DNA of 64,000 bases from NCBI GenBank assembly GCA_937902735.1, contig CALELS010000015.1, forward strand, positions 154,744 to 218,743, written 5' to 3'. This document shows positions 48,433-57,860 of the stretch, piece after piece. The notes beneath the pieces were generated by a model. The model was not told where the DNA came from, made no database searches, and saw nothing but the letters and a program-made list of their open reading frames with translations. Position 1 is the stretch's first letter, and each line of letters begins with the position of its first letter. The translations under genes were made by a program, and so were the position numbers. This DNA is from an uncultured Bacillales bacterium (GTDB taxonomy: Bacteria > Bacillota_I > Bacilli_A > RFN20 > CAG-826).

Positions 48433-49713
48433 TTAATAGCCTTTTTTACCAAGAAGGTGAAACATATTCTTCTTATATACTTCAACACCAGGTTGATTAA
48501 ATGGGTTTACCTCAAGAAGATATGCTGACATAGAACAAGTCTTCATGAAGAAATAGAAGAGATAGCCGAGGTTATAGGCATCTAATTTATCAAGTTCTAA
48601 AACAACATTTGGAACCTTACCAGTAACTTCATGAGCCTCAAGCGTTCCCATAAATGCTTTTTCATTTACAAAGTCTAAAGTTTTACCTTCTAGATAATTT
48701 AATCCGTCAAGATCAAGTTCATCATGTGGGATAATAACCTTGTTCATCGGTTCTTTTATAAAAAGAACAGTTTCAAACATAAGTGGTGATCCATCTTGTA
48801 TATATTGTCCTAATGAGTGAAGATCTGTGGAGAATGTTGCACTATCAGGAAGAAGAGCTTTGTGTTCTTTTCCTTCGCTTTCACCAAATAATTGTTTAAA
48901 CCATTCACCAAGTTGAACTAATCTTGGTTCATATGTAACAAACATTTCAACACCACGGTTGTGACGATAGAAATAGTCTCTGATTACTGCATATTGATAT
49001 GCTTTATTTTCTTCAAGATTTGGATTATCAAATTCAACCATTGCATCATATGCACCTTTGAGGAGAGCATCAACATCAACTCCAGCAACTGCAAGTGGAA
49101 GTAAACCAACTGCGGTAAAGACCGAGAATCTACCACCTACATCTCCTGGAAGAACAAATGTTTCATATCCTTCTTTGGTTGATAAAGTACGAAGAGCGCC
49201 TTTTTCTTTATCTGTTGTAGCAAAAATTGCTTTTTGAGCATTTGCTTTACCAATTTTCTTTTCTAATAATTCCTTAACAAGTCTAAAAGAAATAGCGGTT
49301 TCTGTTGTAGTGCCACTCTTCGAAATGACGTTGATAGCAAACTTCTTATCTTTTAAATACTCTAGAGTTTCGTAAACATAATCACTTGAGAATGTTTGAC
49401 CAAAGAAAATAATTTCTGGTTTCTTTTGATTATGGAGTCCACACATTGCTTCAATACCAGCACGTGCACCAAGATAGGAACCACCAATTCCGCAAACTAC
49501 TAATACATCAAAATTTTCACGGATATATTTTGCAGCTTTTTTGATTCTACCAAGTTCTTCTTTATCATAAGTTTCTGGGTACTTATACCATCCTAAATAA
49601 TCGTTACCTGGACCATTTCTTTTAACAATCATATCAGAGATAGATGCTACTTTTTCCCTATAGGGAGTCCAGTCAATTTGTTCAACTAAGTGTTCTTTGT
49701 TTAGTTTAAGCAT
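48433..49713 (-). CDS. pgi: Glucose-6-phosphate isomerase
   Basis: Start at ATG 49713 (MLKLNKEHL, RBS AAGGAG); N-terminus aligns with Firmicute Pgi (DYLGWYKYPE), 426 aa. Confidence 0.85.
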   Translation of the reverse strand: MLKLNKEHLVEQIDWTPYREKVASISDMIVKRNGPGNDYLGWYKYPETYDKEELGRIKKAAKYIRENFDVLVVCGIGGSYLGARAGIEAMCGLHNQKKPEIIFFGQTFSSDYVYETLEYLKDKKFAINVISKSGTTTETAISFRLVKELLEKKIGKANAQKAIFATTDKEKGALRTLSTKEGYETFVLPGDVGGRFSVFTAVGLLPLAVAGVDVDALLKGAYDAMVEFDNPNLEENKAYQYAVIRDYFYRHNRGVEMFVTYEPRLVQLGEWFKQLFGESEGKEHKALLPDSATFSTDLHSLGQYIQDGSPLMFETVLFIKEPMNKVIIPHDELDLDGLNYLEGKTLDFVNEKAFMGTLEAHEVTGKVPNVVLELDKLDAYNLGYLFYFFMKTCSMSAYLLEVNPFNQPGVEVYKKNMFHLLGKKGY

Positions 49714-49726
49714 ATTTATATACTCC

Positions 49727-50071
49727 TTATTTCGTCCATTCTTTAAGATGCTCTTCAAGAGCAGTAAAATCGATAAATTCTTTATCTATCGGTGTACGTC
49801 TTGAAGCATTGCTATGATACATTTCTTTATCTTCTTGAGAAATTTTTGACATAGAAACTTTTAAGAAACCATCATCAGCTTTTTCTAAAACTTTTACTTG
49901 ATAGGTTTTACCAATTTTTAGATATCTTTTGATGTTTCGAATATATGTATCTGCAATTTCTGATATATGAAGAAGACCTTTGACATTATTATCAAAAATC
50001 ATAATCGCTCCGAATTGACGGATGTTGATTACTGTTCCTTCGATAATATCTCCAACTTTAATCTCATTCAT
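49727..50071 (-). CDS. S1 RNA-binding domain protein (YugI / general stress protein 13-like)
   Basis: S1 fold GDIIEGTVINIRQFGAIMIF ... GLLHISEIA; pgi-yugI neighbourhood as in B. subtilis; start at ATG 50071 with AGGTGA RBS. Confidence 0.7.
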   Translation of the reverse strand: MNEIKVGDIIEGTVINIRQFGAIMIFDNNVKGLLHISEIADTYIRNIKRYLKIGKTYQVKVLEKADDGFLKVSMSKISQEDKEMYHSNASRRTPIDKEFIDFTALEEHLKEWTK

Positions 50072-50756
50072 CTTCTTCACCTAAAATCAATTTCAAATAT
50101 TTTATATCACTGAGTCTAGTAATTTTTATAAGATTTTCATCACCATCAATTATTTTAATTGGATAAACTCCTTGGAGTAATTGAGTGTCATCAGTGACAT
50201 TTTTACCTTTATATAATTTATGAGCTTCGAAAATTGTTTTAAATCTAAAAGCTTGAGGAGTTTGAATGCGATATACTTCTTCGCGATTAAGGACTCCAAC
50301 CATTTCTTTATGTTTGTTATCAACAAGAGCAATTGTATCTGTTGATTTCAATGCAACGGTTGCCCCTTCATGATCTCTTAAAGCAAGAATTAAATCTCCA
50401 ATAATCTTTTTAGAAACAATTGGTCTTGCTCCATCATGAATTAAAACTATATCATCATCTTTTGCGTCATCACTCAAAAGTGCTAGTCCATTAAATGCAC
50501 TTTCTTGACGTGATGAACCTCCAGCAGCAATTCCAATAATTTTTCTAAATTGGTATTCAAAACAATATGAAGCAACCTTTTCGATATATTCTTTTTTAGT
50601 CACTAAAATAATCCCATCAACAAGAGGAGAATCCATAAATGATTTAATTGTGTAATAAATTAATGGTTTGTCGTTTATTTCATAAAATTGTTTTGGAGTT
50701 TCACAACCAAAACGTGATGAATCACCACTAAAAAGAATTACAGCGTATTTTTTCAT
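50064..50756 (-). CDS. ispD: 2-C-methyl-D-erythritol 4-phosphate cytidylyltransferase (IspD; TarI-like alternative not excluded)
   Basis: N-terminal AVILFSGDSSRFG ... PKQF motif of IspD/TarI cytidylyltransferases; ispF is present elsewhere in the window. Confidence 0.65.
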   Translation of the reverse strand: MKKYAVILFSGDSSRFGCETPKQFYEINDKPLIYYTIKSFMDSPLVDGIILVTKKEYIEKVASYCFEYQFRKIIGIAAGGSSRQESAFNGLALLSDDAKDDDIVLIHDGARPIVSKKIIGDLILALRDHEGATVALKSTDTIALVDNKHKEMVGVLNREEVYRIQTPQAFRFKTIFEAHKLYKGKNVTDDTQLLQGVYPIKIIDGDENLIKITRLSDIKYLKLILGEEDE

Positions 50757-51619
50757 TTGATTTCTTTAGCTTCTTTACTAACTTTCTTAATAAGAGCTTC
50801 TTCTTTGGACTTTAGTTCAGCATGAATAGCAATACGGTCAATGATTAATTTCATTGTTCTTTCAATATCGCTACCTTCGCTATAATCGGCAAGGCAAGCA
50901 AAATTTACACGACCTTCACGAGTTAAATTGGCCATGTTTTTGGTGTCTTTTCTTTGATGAATAGCAATCGATTTGCCACCATTTTGTTTAACCAAAACCA
51001 TGCAAGGAACATCAGTCATTCCATCCCCAAGATAAACAATGTTTTCATAAGGAATACGACGTTTTTTGGTTTTACTATTAACAGTGTTATCATCTTTCAA
51101 ATTGTAAACACCTTTAGAAATTCTAAAGAAGTATTGTGTTTTTTGAGTATAGTTAATTGCAAGTTTTGGCCAAATTGGATGACCTTCTTCATCATATAAG
51201 AATTCACAACCGTAAATTTGTTTGAATTCTTTTGCAATTGATGTGCCTTCAACAATTTCTTTTGTGCCACTTGAACAAAGATAATGTTCAACCTTAACAC
51301 CCTTCTCTTCGCCATATTTATTTATACGCGAGAACCAGGTTTTAACACCTGGGAAATAAATAACATCTTTTCCTAAGCTATTAAGCCATTTTCTAGTTAT
51401 TTCAACATTCTTTTCCTTTGCGAGTTTAATCATCATAAACATATAGGAAAGAATCCTTTCACAACCAGTTTTTTCACTAAATTGTCCTGTAGCACCCCAA
51501 AACTGATCTGGTGTCATTCCTAAAGCAGGAATAAAACCATAGTTTTGCATATCGGTAGTACAAAGCGTTTTATCGAAGTCATACATGATTGCCATGATTG
51601 CTTTTTTTGTTTTTGCCAT
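50753..51619 (-). CDS. HAD-superfamily (subfamily IB-like) phosphatase
   Basis: HAD motif I MYDFDKTL and motif IV YLGDGMTD; 288 aa; co-operonic with ispD. Confidence 0.55.
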   Translation of the reverse strand: MAKTKKAIMAIMYDFDKTLCTTDMQNYGFIPALGMTPDQFWGATGQFSEKTGCERILSYMFMMIKLAKEKNVEITRKWLNSLGKDVIYFPGVKTWFSRINKYGEEKGVKVEHYLCSSGTKEIVEGTSIAKEFKQIYGCEFLYDEEGHPIWPKLAINYTQKTQYFFRISKGVYNLKDDNTVNSKTKKRRIPYENIVYLGDGMTDVPCMVLVKQNGGKSIAIHQRKDTKNMANLTREGRVNFACLADYSEGSDIERTMKLIIDRIAIHAELKSKEEALIKKVSKEAKEIK

Positions 51620-51747
51620 AGAAGAATCCTCCTCAAAAGATTAGCATAATAATAATTATTATGTCAATTTTGCAGACTTTAGATGGAAACTTAGTTAGTT
51701 TCTTGATAAGTCAATTTCAGTGAATTAATATACTTAAAGAGAAAACT

Positions 51748-52317
51748 ATGATGTTATTTATAAGTGTTCAAGAATGGTTTGGCTCATATTGGTTTGTAAT
51801 TCCTATTGGAATTCTTATTTTAGTCTTAGTCTTATTCATTGGATGGAACATCTTTGCTTTAATCTTTGCTTTAACTTTTAAAAAGAAACTTCGTAAGCAA
51901 TCAAATTCAATTAATTTGTTGCTCGCTCAAAGAAGGGAAACAGTTCTTGAAATTGTTAAATTAGCACTTTCTCATGATCTTGAACTTTCTCGTGATGACA
52001 TTAAAGGAATTAATCGTTTAGAAAGAATTGAAGATTTCCAATCATTAAAAAAAGAAGAACGTGATGAAAGAATCTTTGCATTCATCCGTTCCTCATATAA
52101 TGTCATTCATCTTTGTGATTCATCAAGGAAAGTATCTAATGACAAAAAATATGAACCATTATTAGATCTTTACAATGGTGTAGAGACTGCATATCGTCAA
52201 AAAGTTGCTAGATATAATAGTGATATTCTTGGCTACAATTACTGGATTAGAGTTACTGGCACAAAACTATTTTTTAAATATATTCTTCGTTTCAAGAATA
52301 AAGACTTATTGGTCTAA
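51748..52317 (+). CDS. lemA: LemA-family membrane protein
   Basis: N-terminal TM helix; [13 protein letters not shown] and the C-terminal [10 protein letters not shown] pattern resemble the LemA family. Confidence 0.4.
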   Translation: MMLFISVQEWFGSYWFVIPIGILILVLVLFIGWNIFALIFALTFKKKLRKQSNSINLLLAQRRETVLEIVKLALSHDLELSRDDIKGINRLERIEDFQSLKKEERDERIFAFIRSSYNVIHLCDSSRKVSNDKKYEPLLDLYNGVETAYRQKVARYNSDILGYNYWIRVTGTKLFFKYILRFKNKDLLV

Positions 52318-52336
52318 TATTTATTAAAAATAAAAA

Positions 52337-52358
52337 ATCCCATTTTTGGGATATTTTT
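52337..52358. terminator. Bidirectional terminator ATCCCA-TTTT-TGGGAT flanked by A6 and T6
   Basis: Perfect hairpin between lemA (+) and tRNA-Leu (-). Confidence 0.6.
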
Positions 52359-52364
52359 TCTATC

Positions 52365-52449
<85 letters not shown>

Positions 52450-52500
52450 AGATAACGCTAAATAATATACACAATTACATATGCGTTAACAAGTAGATTT

Positions 52501-53961
52501 TTATGGAATTACTTGGAAAGCAATTGTTGCAATTCCTAAATATGCAAGTAACGCTAAAACATCAACAAATGTAGTAAGAAGTGGTTGAGCAACAATAGCA
52601 GGATCTTTCTTAATTGCAGCAACACCAATTGGGAGGCAGACTGCAATAATTTTGGCAATAAATGAACCTGCGAATAAGGCAATTGATACAGTTCCTGCTA
52701 CCTTTAATGCTTGAAAGAAGAAGTCAAGATTCCATACATTCCCATGCCAAATAGTTTGAGCAACCATCTTTCCATCAACTAAAGTTTCATGCAAAACAAT
52801 ACCAGTATATTGTTCCATCATGAACCATAAGAATGAGAATGCTAAAATTGCGCTTGAAACCATAAGAGCACTAAGTGCTTCTTTACCAATAACTTTAAAG
52901 AAATCTTTTGGAGTAAACTCTTTAGTAGCAAGTCCTCTAATCATTAAAGCAATAGTTTGACCACCAGCATTTCCGCCTGTATCCATAAGTGTTGGAACAA
53001 AGGCAATTAAAATTGGCATTCCAACAAACACTTTTGATCCTGAAATTTTATCAAGAGCCATTGTTGTAAATGTACCTAGAATTAATAAGACAATAATCCA
53101 TGGAATACATTTAAGTGCCATTCTCCAAGCTGGAGTGTCAAGATAACTATCTTCTAAAGGGGTAACGTGAGATAAAGCAGCAACGTCTTCTGTTGCCTCT
53201 TCTTCGATAACGTCAACGATATCATCAATAGTAATAAGACCAATTAGTCTATTTTCATTATTTAAAACCGCAACAGCGTTTAAGTCATATCTTTGAACAA
53301 TATTGGCAACTTCTTCTTGGTCAGTATTAACATTAACAGTGACAAAGTCTTTGTTCATAATTTCTTTTAAGACTTCGTCTCCTTTGGCGAAGATTAAATC
53401 ATCAAGACCAAGAGTACCAACTAAGTTTCTTCTCTTATCAATAATAAATAAGGTATAAACAGTTTCCTTATCTTTACCAAATTTACGAATATTTTGAATA
53501 GCTTCGTCGACAGTTAATTCATCTAATAAAGTAAAGAACTCAGTGGTCATAATTGAACCAGCTGTATTTTCTTTATAATTAAGAAGACGATTAATCGTAG
53601 CTCTTCTTTCTTTAGGCACGTTTCTTAAAATACGAGTAACTAAATTAGCGGGCATATCTTCAAGATCATCGACTAAGTCATCGGTGAATTGTTCTTCAAG
53701 AATTTCTGCTAATTGGGCATCAGAAATCGTATTAATTAATTTTTCTTTAACATCACCATCAAGTTCAGTGAATAAATCAGCAGTGTATTCACTCTTAACA
53801 GTTTTAAAAATAAAAACTAACTTTTTGATGTCTTCAATTTCATTACAAACATCAGCAATATCGATGGTAGGAACGACTTCAAAAATACGTCGAATTTCTT
53901 TGACGTTCTTTTTGGTGATTAGTTCTTCTAATCTCTCAACAGTTAAGACTTCGTTCTCCAT
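52501..53961 (-). CDS. mgtE: Magnesium transporter MgtE
   Basis: MgtE N-domain, tandem CBS pair, C-terminal 5-TM MgtE domain; 486 aa. Confidence 0.85.
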   Translation of the reverse strand: MENEVLTVERLEELITKKNVKEIRRIFEVVPTIDIADVCNEIEDIKKLVFIFKTVKSEYTADLFTELDGDVKEKLINTISDAQLAEILEEQFTDDLVDDLEDMPANLVTRILRNVPKERRATINRLLNYKENTAGSIMTTEFFTLLDELTVDEAIQNIRKFGKDKETVYTLFIIDKRRNLVGTLGLDDLIFAKGDEVLKEIMNKDFVTVNVNTDQEEVANIVQRYDLNAVAVLNNENRLIGLITIDDIVDVIEEEATEDVAALSHVTPLEDSYLDTPAWRMALKCIPWIIVLLILGTFTTMALDKISGSKVFVGMPILIAFVPTLMDTGGNAGGQTIALMIRGLATKEFTPKDFFKVIGKEALSALMVSSAILAFSFLWFMMEQYTGIVLHETLVDGKMVAQTIWHGNVWNLDFFFQALKVAGTVSIALFAGSFIAKIIAVCLPIGVAAIKKDPAIVAQPLLTTFVDVLALLAYLGIATIAFQVIP

Positions 53962-54070
53962 AGTGCCTAGATTTTACAACTTTATTTAATATAAAGAAAC
54001 CCAAAAAAGCAAAAAATATAAGAAAAATCCTTTATTGTGATAAAATCTAAATGCATTAAAGGAGAAAATT

Positions 54071-54667
54071 ATGCGTAAAATTCTTGTTGAAACAAGTGCA
54101 AGACATGTACATGTCACTAAAGAAGCACTAGAGGTATTATTTGGTAAAGGATACGAACTTCAGGTCCGTAAAATGTTATCTCAACCAGGTCAATATGTTT
54201 CTACCGATAGAGTAGAAGTTGTTGGATATAATTTAAAGGATCCAGAAGGTCCACGCCCAAGCGCAAAACTTTCAATTCTTGGTCCAGTTAGAAAAGAAAA
54301 CCAAGTGGAAGTTTCATTTACTGATGCTAGAACTCTTGGTTTAACTGCTCCAGTTAGAGAAAGTGGCTTCATCGAAGGTAGTGGAAAATGCACTCTTCGT
54401 GGTCCAGCTGGCGAAGTTGAACTTAATGAAGGTGTTATCGTTGCAAAAAGACATATTCATATGACACCAGAAGATGCCAAACAATTTGGTGTTGAAAATG
54501 GTCAAATTGTTAAAGTCTTAGTTGATACTGGAAAGGGCCGTAAAACAATCTTTGATGATACAGTTATCAGAGTAAGTGAAAAGTATGCTTTAGCAATGCA
54601 CATTGATACAGATGAAAGTAATGCATCTTGTGCTGCTGGTGAAATATTTGGAGAAATCGTTAAATAA
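54071..54667 (+). CDS. pduL: Phosphate propanoyltransferase/phosphotransacetylase PduL
   Basis: Two PduL repeats with S/A-x-RH-x-H motifs (SARHVHVT, AKRHIHMT); ~200 aa. Confidence 0.7.
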   Translation: MRKILVETSARHVHVTKEALEVLFGKGYELQVRKMLSQPGQYVSTDRVEVVGYNLKDPEGPRPSAKLSILGPVRKENQVEVSFTDARTLGLTAPVRESGFIEGSGKCTLRGPAGEVELNEGVIVAKRHIHMTPEDAKQFGVENGQIVKVLVDTGKGRKTIFDDTVIRVSEKYALAMHIDTDESNASCAAGEIFGEIVK

Positions 54668-54921
54668 TGAAAGTAATTGAATATTTTCCTAAAAACGTTT
54701 GTTCTAGAAAAATGATCATCGAAGTTGATGGAGACACTGTTGTATCCCTAAAAGTTGAAGGTGGTTGTAATGGAAATCTTCAAGGTATTTCTTCACTAGT
54801 TAAAGGAATGAAAGTTGAAGAAGTAATTAAAAGACTCGAAGGTATTAAATGTCGAGGTAGCCGTACTGGATTAACTTCATGTCCTGATCAATTAGTAGAA
54901 GCTTTAAAAGAGAATATATAA
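54667..54921 (+). CDS. TSCPD-domain small Cys protein
   Basis: Literal TSCPD motif (GLTSCPDQL) plus upstream GGCNGN; 84 aa; translationally coupled to pduL. Confidence 0.6.
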   Translation: MKVIEYFPKNVCSRKMIIEVDGDTVVSLKVEGGCNGNLQGISSLVKGMKVEEVIKRLEGIKCRGSRTGLTSCPDQLVEALKENI

Positions 54922-54961
54922 TATTCTTTACATTATTTAATATTGATATATAATAAATTTG

Positions 54962-55115
54962 CATTTATCAAGAATCGCGTTACAAAGGATGAAAAAGCGC
55001 GATGGCAACTCTAAATGTAGTAAGTGCCTTCCTTAGCGGAGCCCACACTCCGAACGATAAAAGCGGATTTGCTAATCATTTGGCTTTCCATAGTGTGGGA
55101 AGCCATTTTATTTTG
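54962..55115 (+). promoter_or_regulatory. SAM riboswitch (S-box/SAM-I clan, apparently lacking the P2 kink-turn) with intrinsic terminator, upstream of metK
   Basis: P1 TTTATCAAG/CGATAAAAG; internal GATGAAAAAGCGCGATGGCAAC and GTGCCTTCCTTAGCGGAG match the SAM-I core. Terminator GGCTTTCC-atagtgt-GGGAAGCC plus T-run; antiterminator CCCACACT pairs with AGTGTGGG. Confidence 0.65.
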
Positions 55116-55126
55116 GGAGGCTAGTT

Positions 55127-56290
55127 ATGGAAGAAAAGATTTTATTCACAAGTGAGTCGGTTTCAGAAGGGCATCCAGATAAAGTCTGTGATCAAATCGC
55201 TGATGCTATTTTAGATGCTTGTTTGAAACAAGATAAAAATGCGAAAGTTGCGTGTGAAGTTTTTGTTACTTCAAACTATGTTTTAGTGGGTGGAGAAATC
55301 ACTCCTCGTCCAAATTTCGATGTTGAATCATTAGTTAGAAAGGTTATTAGAGAAATTGGATATGATAAACCTGAATATAATTTCTCAGATAAGACTGTAA
55401 AAGTTGAATTAAAAATTAAAAACCAATCCCAAAATATTGCTCAAGCTGTTATTAAACCTTCTGATGAAGAAATTGGCGCTGGTGATCAAGGCATTATGTT
55501 TGGTTTTGCCTCAAACGAAACCAAAGGATATATGCCATTAGCAATTTCTATTGCTCATAAATTAATGAGAGTAGCTTCAGAAAAGAGAAAATCAGGTGAA
55601 TTTAAATATGCTCGACCAGATATGAAGGCTCAAGTTACCATAGATTACACTGATAGAAAACATCCAAGAATTGACACTATTTTGATGTCTATTTCTCATG
55701 ATGATAACTATGACAAAGAAGCGTTTGTTTCGTACATTAGAAACGTGATTATGGCGCAAGTAGTCCATTCTTTTGGTCTAAATGATGATTTTAAAGCAGT
55801 CATAAATCCTAGTGGAATTTTCGTGATTTGCGGTCCTGATAGTGACACTGGTGTAACAGGAAGAAAAATCATTTGTGACACTTATGGTGGAAGTGGAAGA
55901 CATGGTGGTGGAGCTTTCTCGGGCAAAGACCCAACTAAAGTCGATAGAAGTGGCGCTTACATGGCAAGATATATTGCTAAGAATTTAGTTGCAGCAAACG
56001 TTGCAGATAGACTAGAAGTCCAAATTGGTTATGCAATAGGAAAGTCAGAACCAGTTTCAATTGGAATATTTACATTTGGAACTGCTCATTATGATGATAA
56101 AAAGATACTTGATGTAATAAGACAAGTCTTTGACTTAAGACCAGGAATGATAATAAAAAATTTCTCACTCACTGAACCATCATTTAAATATCAAACAATT
56201 TCAAATTATGGTCATTTTGGCAGAACTGATTTAAATCTTCCTTGGGAAAAACTTGATAAAGTTGAACAAATCAAATCTCTTCTTAAATAA
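55127..56290 (+). CDS. metK: S-adenosylmethionine synthetase
   Basis: MAT signatures GHPDKVCDQ, GAGDQG, GGGAFSGKD. Confidence 0.95.
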   Translation: MEEKILFTSESVSEGHPDKVCDQIADAILDACLKQDKNAKVACEVFVTSNYVLVGGEITPRPNFDVESLVRKVIREIGYDKPEYNFSDKTVKVELKIKNQSQNIAQAVIKPSDEEIGAGDQGIMFGFASNETKGYMPLAISIAHKLMRVASEKRKSGEFKYARPDMKAQVTIDYTDRKHPRIDTILMSISHDDNYDKEAFVSYIRNVIMAQVVHSFGLNDDFKAVINPSGIFVICGPDSDTGVTGRKIICDTYGGSGRHGGGAFSGKDPTKVDRSGAYMARYIAKNLVAANVADRLEVQIGYAIGKSEPVSIGIFTFGTAHYDDKKILDVIRQVFDLRPGMIIKNFSLTEPSFKYQTISNYGHFGRTDLNLPWEKLDKVEQIKSLLK

Positions 56291-56388
56291 ATAAAATTTT
56301 CTCATGTTTTTTCTATAAATTTAGAAGGATTCATGCGATAATAAAATTGTAAAAATCCTCATAGGATAATTTGGAAAGGAGACAAAAG

Positions 56389-56946
56389 ATGAAATACCAA
56401 ATTATTGGTAAGAACATCGAAGTCACCGAAGGTATTCGTGCAGCTGTCGAAAAGAAGCTTTCACGCATGGATAAATACTTCGTTATTAATGACGATGTTT
56501 CTTGCCGCGTTGTTGTCAGATCTTACAAGGTCGGAGCGAAAGTTGAGATTACTATTTTTACCTCTCAAATGGACTTCCGTGCAGAAGTCAGTGATTCTGA
56601 TTTATATGCTGCAGTGGATATGGCCATTGATAAACTCGAAGGACAAATGCGCAAACTCAAAACCAAAATGGATCGTTCAAAAGGCGATAAACTTGGTTTA
56701 GGCAAAGCCTTAGCGTTTGAAAATATTGAACCAATTGTTGATGAAGAAGAAGATGTCGAAACAGTAGTTCGTGTCAAAAATATTGATCTCGAACCTATGA
56801 GTATCGATGAGGCTATTACCAGAATGGAAGGTCTTGGCCACCCATTCTTCCTCTATCTTGATGAAGAAGATAACAAGATTTCTGTTGTCTACACCCGTGA
56901 AGATGGTGGTTATGGTATTATTCAAGCTGAAAACGATCTTAAATAA
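56389..56946 (+). CDS. hpf: Ribosome hibernation promoting factor (long HPF)
   Basis: Start at ATG 56389 (RBS AAAGGAG); N-terminal RaiA/YfiA fold IEVTEGIRAAVEKKLSRMDKY and a C-terminal dimerisation domain. Confidence 0.85.
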   Translation: MKYQIIGKNIEVTEGIRAAVEKKLSRMDKYFVINDDVSCRVVVRSYKVGAKVEITIFTSQMDFRAEVSDSDLYAAVDMAIDKLEGQMRKLKTKMDRSKGDKLGLGKALAFENIEPIVDEEEDVETVVRVKNIDLEPMSIDEAITRMEGLGHPFFLYLDEEDNKISVVYTREDGGYGIIQAENDLK

Positions 56947-56966
56947 TTATCATCAAATCGATTAGA

Positions 56967-56992
56967 GCCTTCTTGGCTCTTTTCTTTTTAGA
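56967..56992 (+). terminator. Intrinsic terminator after hpf
   Basis: AGAGCC-TTCTT-GGCTCT followed by TTTCTTTTT. Confidence 0.6.
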
Positions 56993-57015
56993 AAAGTTGT
57001 TATAAAATACACTCT

Positions 57016-57855
57016 ATGGCTAAGCTTATCGCTACTGATTTAGACGGAACTCTCTTTTATCCAAAGAAGAGAATTAGAATGATTTCACCAAAATCTTTAA
57101 AATTCATTCATAAGTTTATTGATGAAGGAAATCAACTCTGTTTAGTTAGTGGTCGTAATTTAAGATATTGTCTTAAAGTTGAAAAAAGAATTAAACGTCG
57201 TGTTGATTTTGTTGGTTGTAATTCTTCTTTTATCTATGTTGATGGAAAAGTTGTTAAAGAATCTTATTTTAATAATGAAGAAATCACTAGAATATTAGAA
57301 GAAATCAAAGAAACATACGATCCAAAATCAATAATGATTATGACTAGAGATGGAAACTTCGCTCCACGTAGTGGCGCAGGATTTTTCTACTACATTGGTT
57401 ATAAACTATGGTATTTCTTTCAAGGAACATATCGCGAAATATTCACACTTGATGATAAGAAATTCGCTAAATCATTTATTGATGGCAAAATCTACAAAAT
57501 CATGTTGATGTTTGGTGTATCAAATAAGCAAATCTTAAGGGCTAAAGAAGTCAATAAAGAAATTCGTGAGAAGTATAAAGAATATCTTGAAGCAAGTTGG
57601 TCTGACCAAGTTATTGAACTTTCACCAGCTGGCTGCTCTAAAGCAGAAGGGTTGAAATATTACTCTGATTATCTTAAGATTAATCACGACGATGTATACG
57701 TTGTAGGCGATTCAGGCAATGATATATCGATGTTTATTGAATTCCACAAGAACAGTTTCTGTATGTCGAGAAGTTCGCTATCGGTCTCGAAGCACGCAAG
57801 ACATGTTGTGAAACATTTCTGGGAAATCGAGAAATATATTGATGAAAGGAAGTAA
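57016..57855 (+). CDS. Cof-type HAD-IIB sugar-phosphatase
   Basis: LIATDLDGTL motif I, GDSGNDISM motif IV. Confidence 0.75.
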   Translation: MAKLIATDLDGTLFYPKKRIRMISPKSLKFIHKFIDEGNQLCLVSGRNLRYCLKVEKRIKRRVDFVGCNSSFIYVDGKVVKESYFNNEEITRILEEIKETYDPKSIMIMTRDGNFAPRSGAGFFYYIGYKLWYFFQGTYREIFTLDDKKFAKSFIDGKIYKIMLMFGVSNKQILRAKEVNKEIREKYKEYLEASWSDQVIELSPAGCSKAEGLKYYSDYLKINHDDVYVVGDSGNDISMFIEFHKNSFCMSRSSLSVSKHARHVVKHFWEIEKYIDERK

Positions 57856-57860
57856 TTAAA

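Noticed and set aside
53962-54070. M-box (Mg2+) riboswitch upstream of mgtE
   Set aside because: Only ~110 nt of AT-rich DNA shared with the divergent pduL promoter; no M-box conserved segments seen
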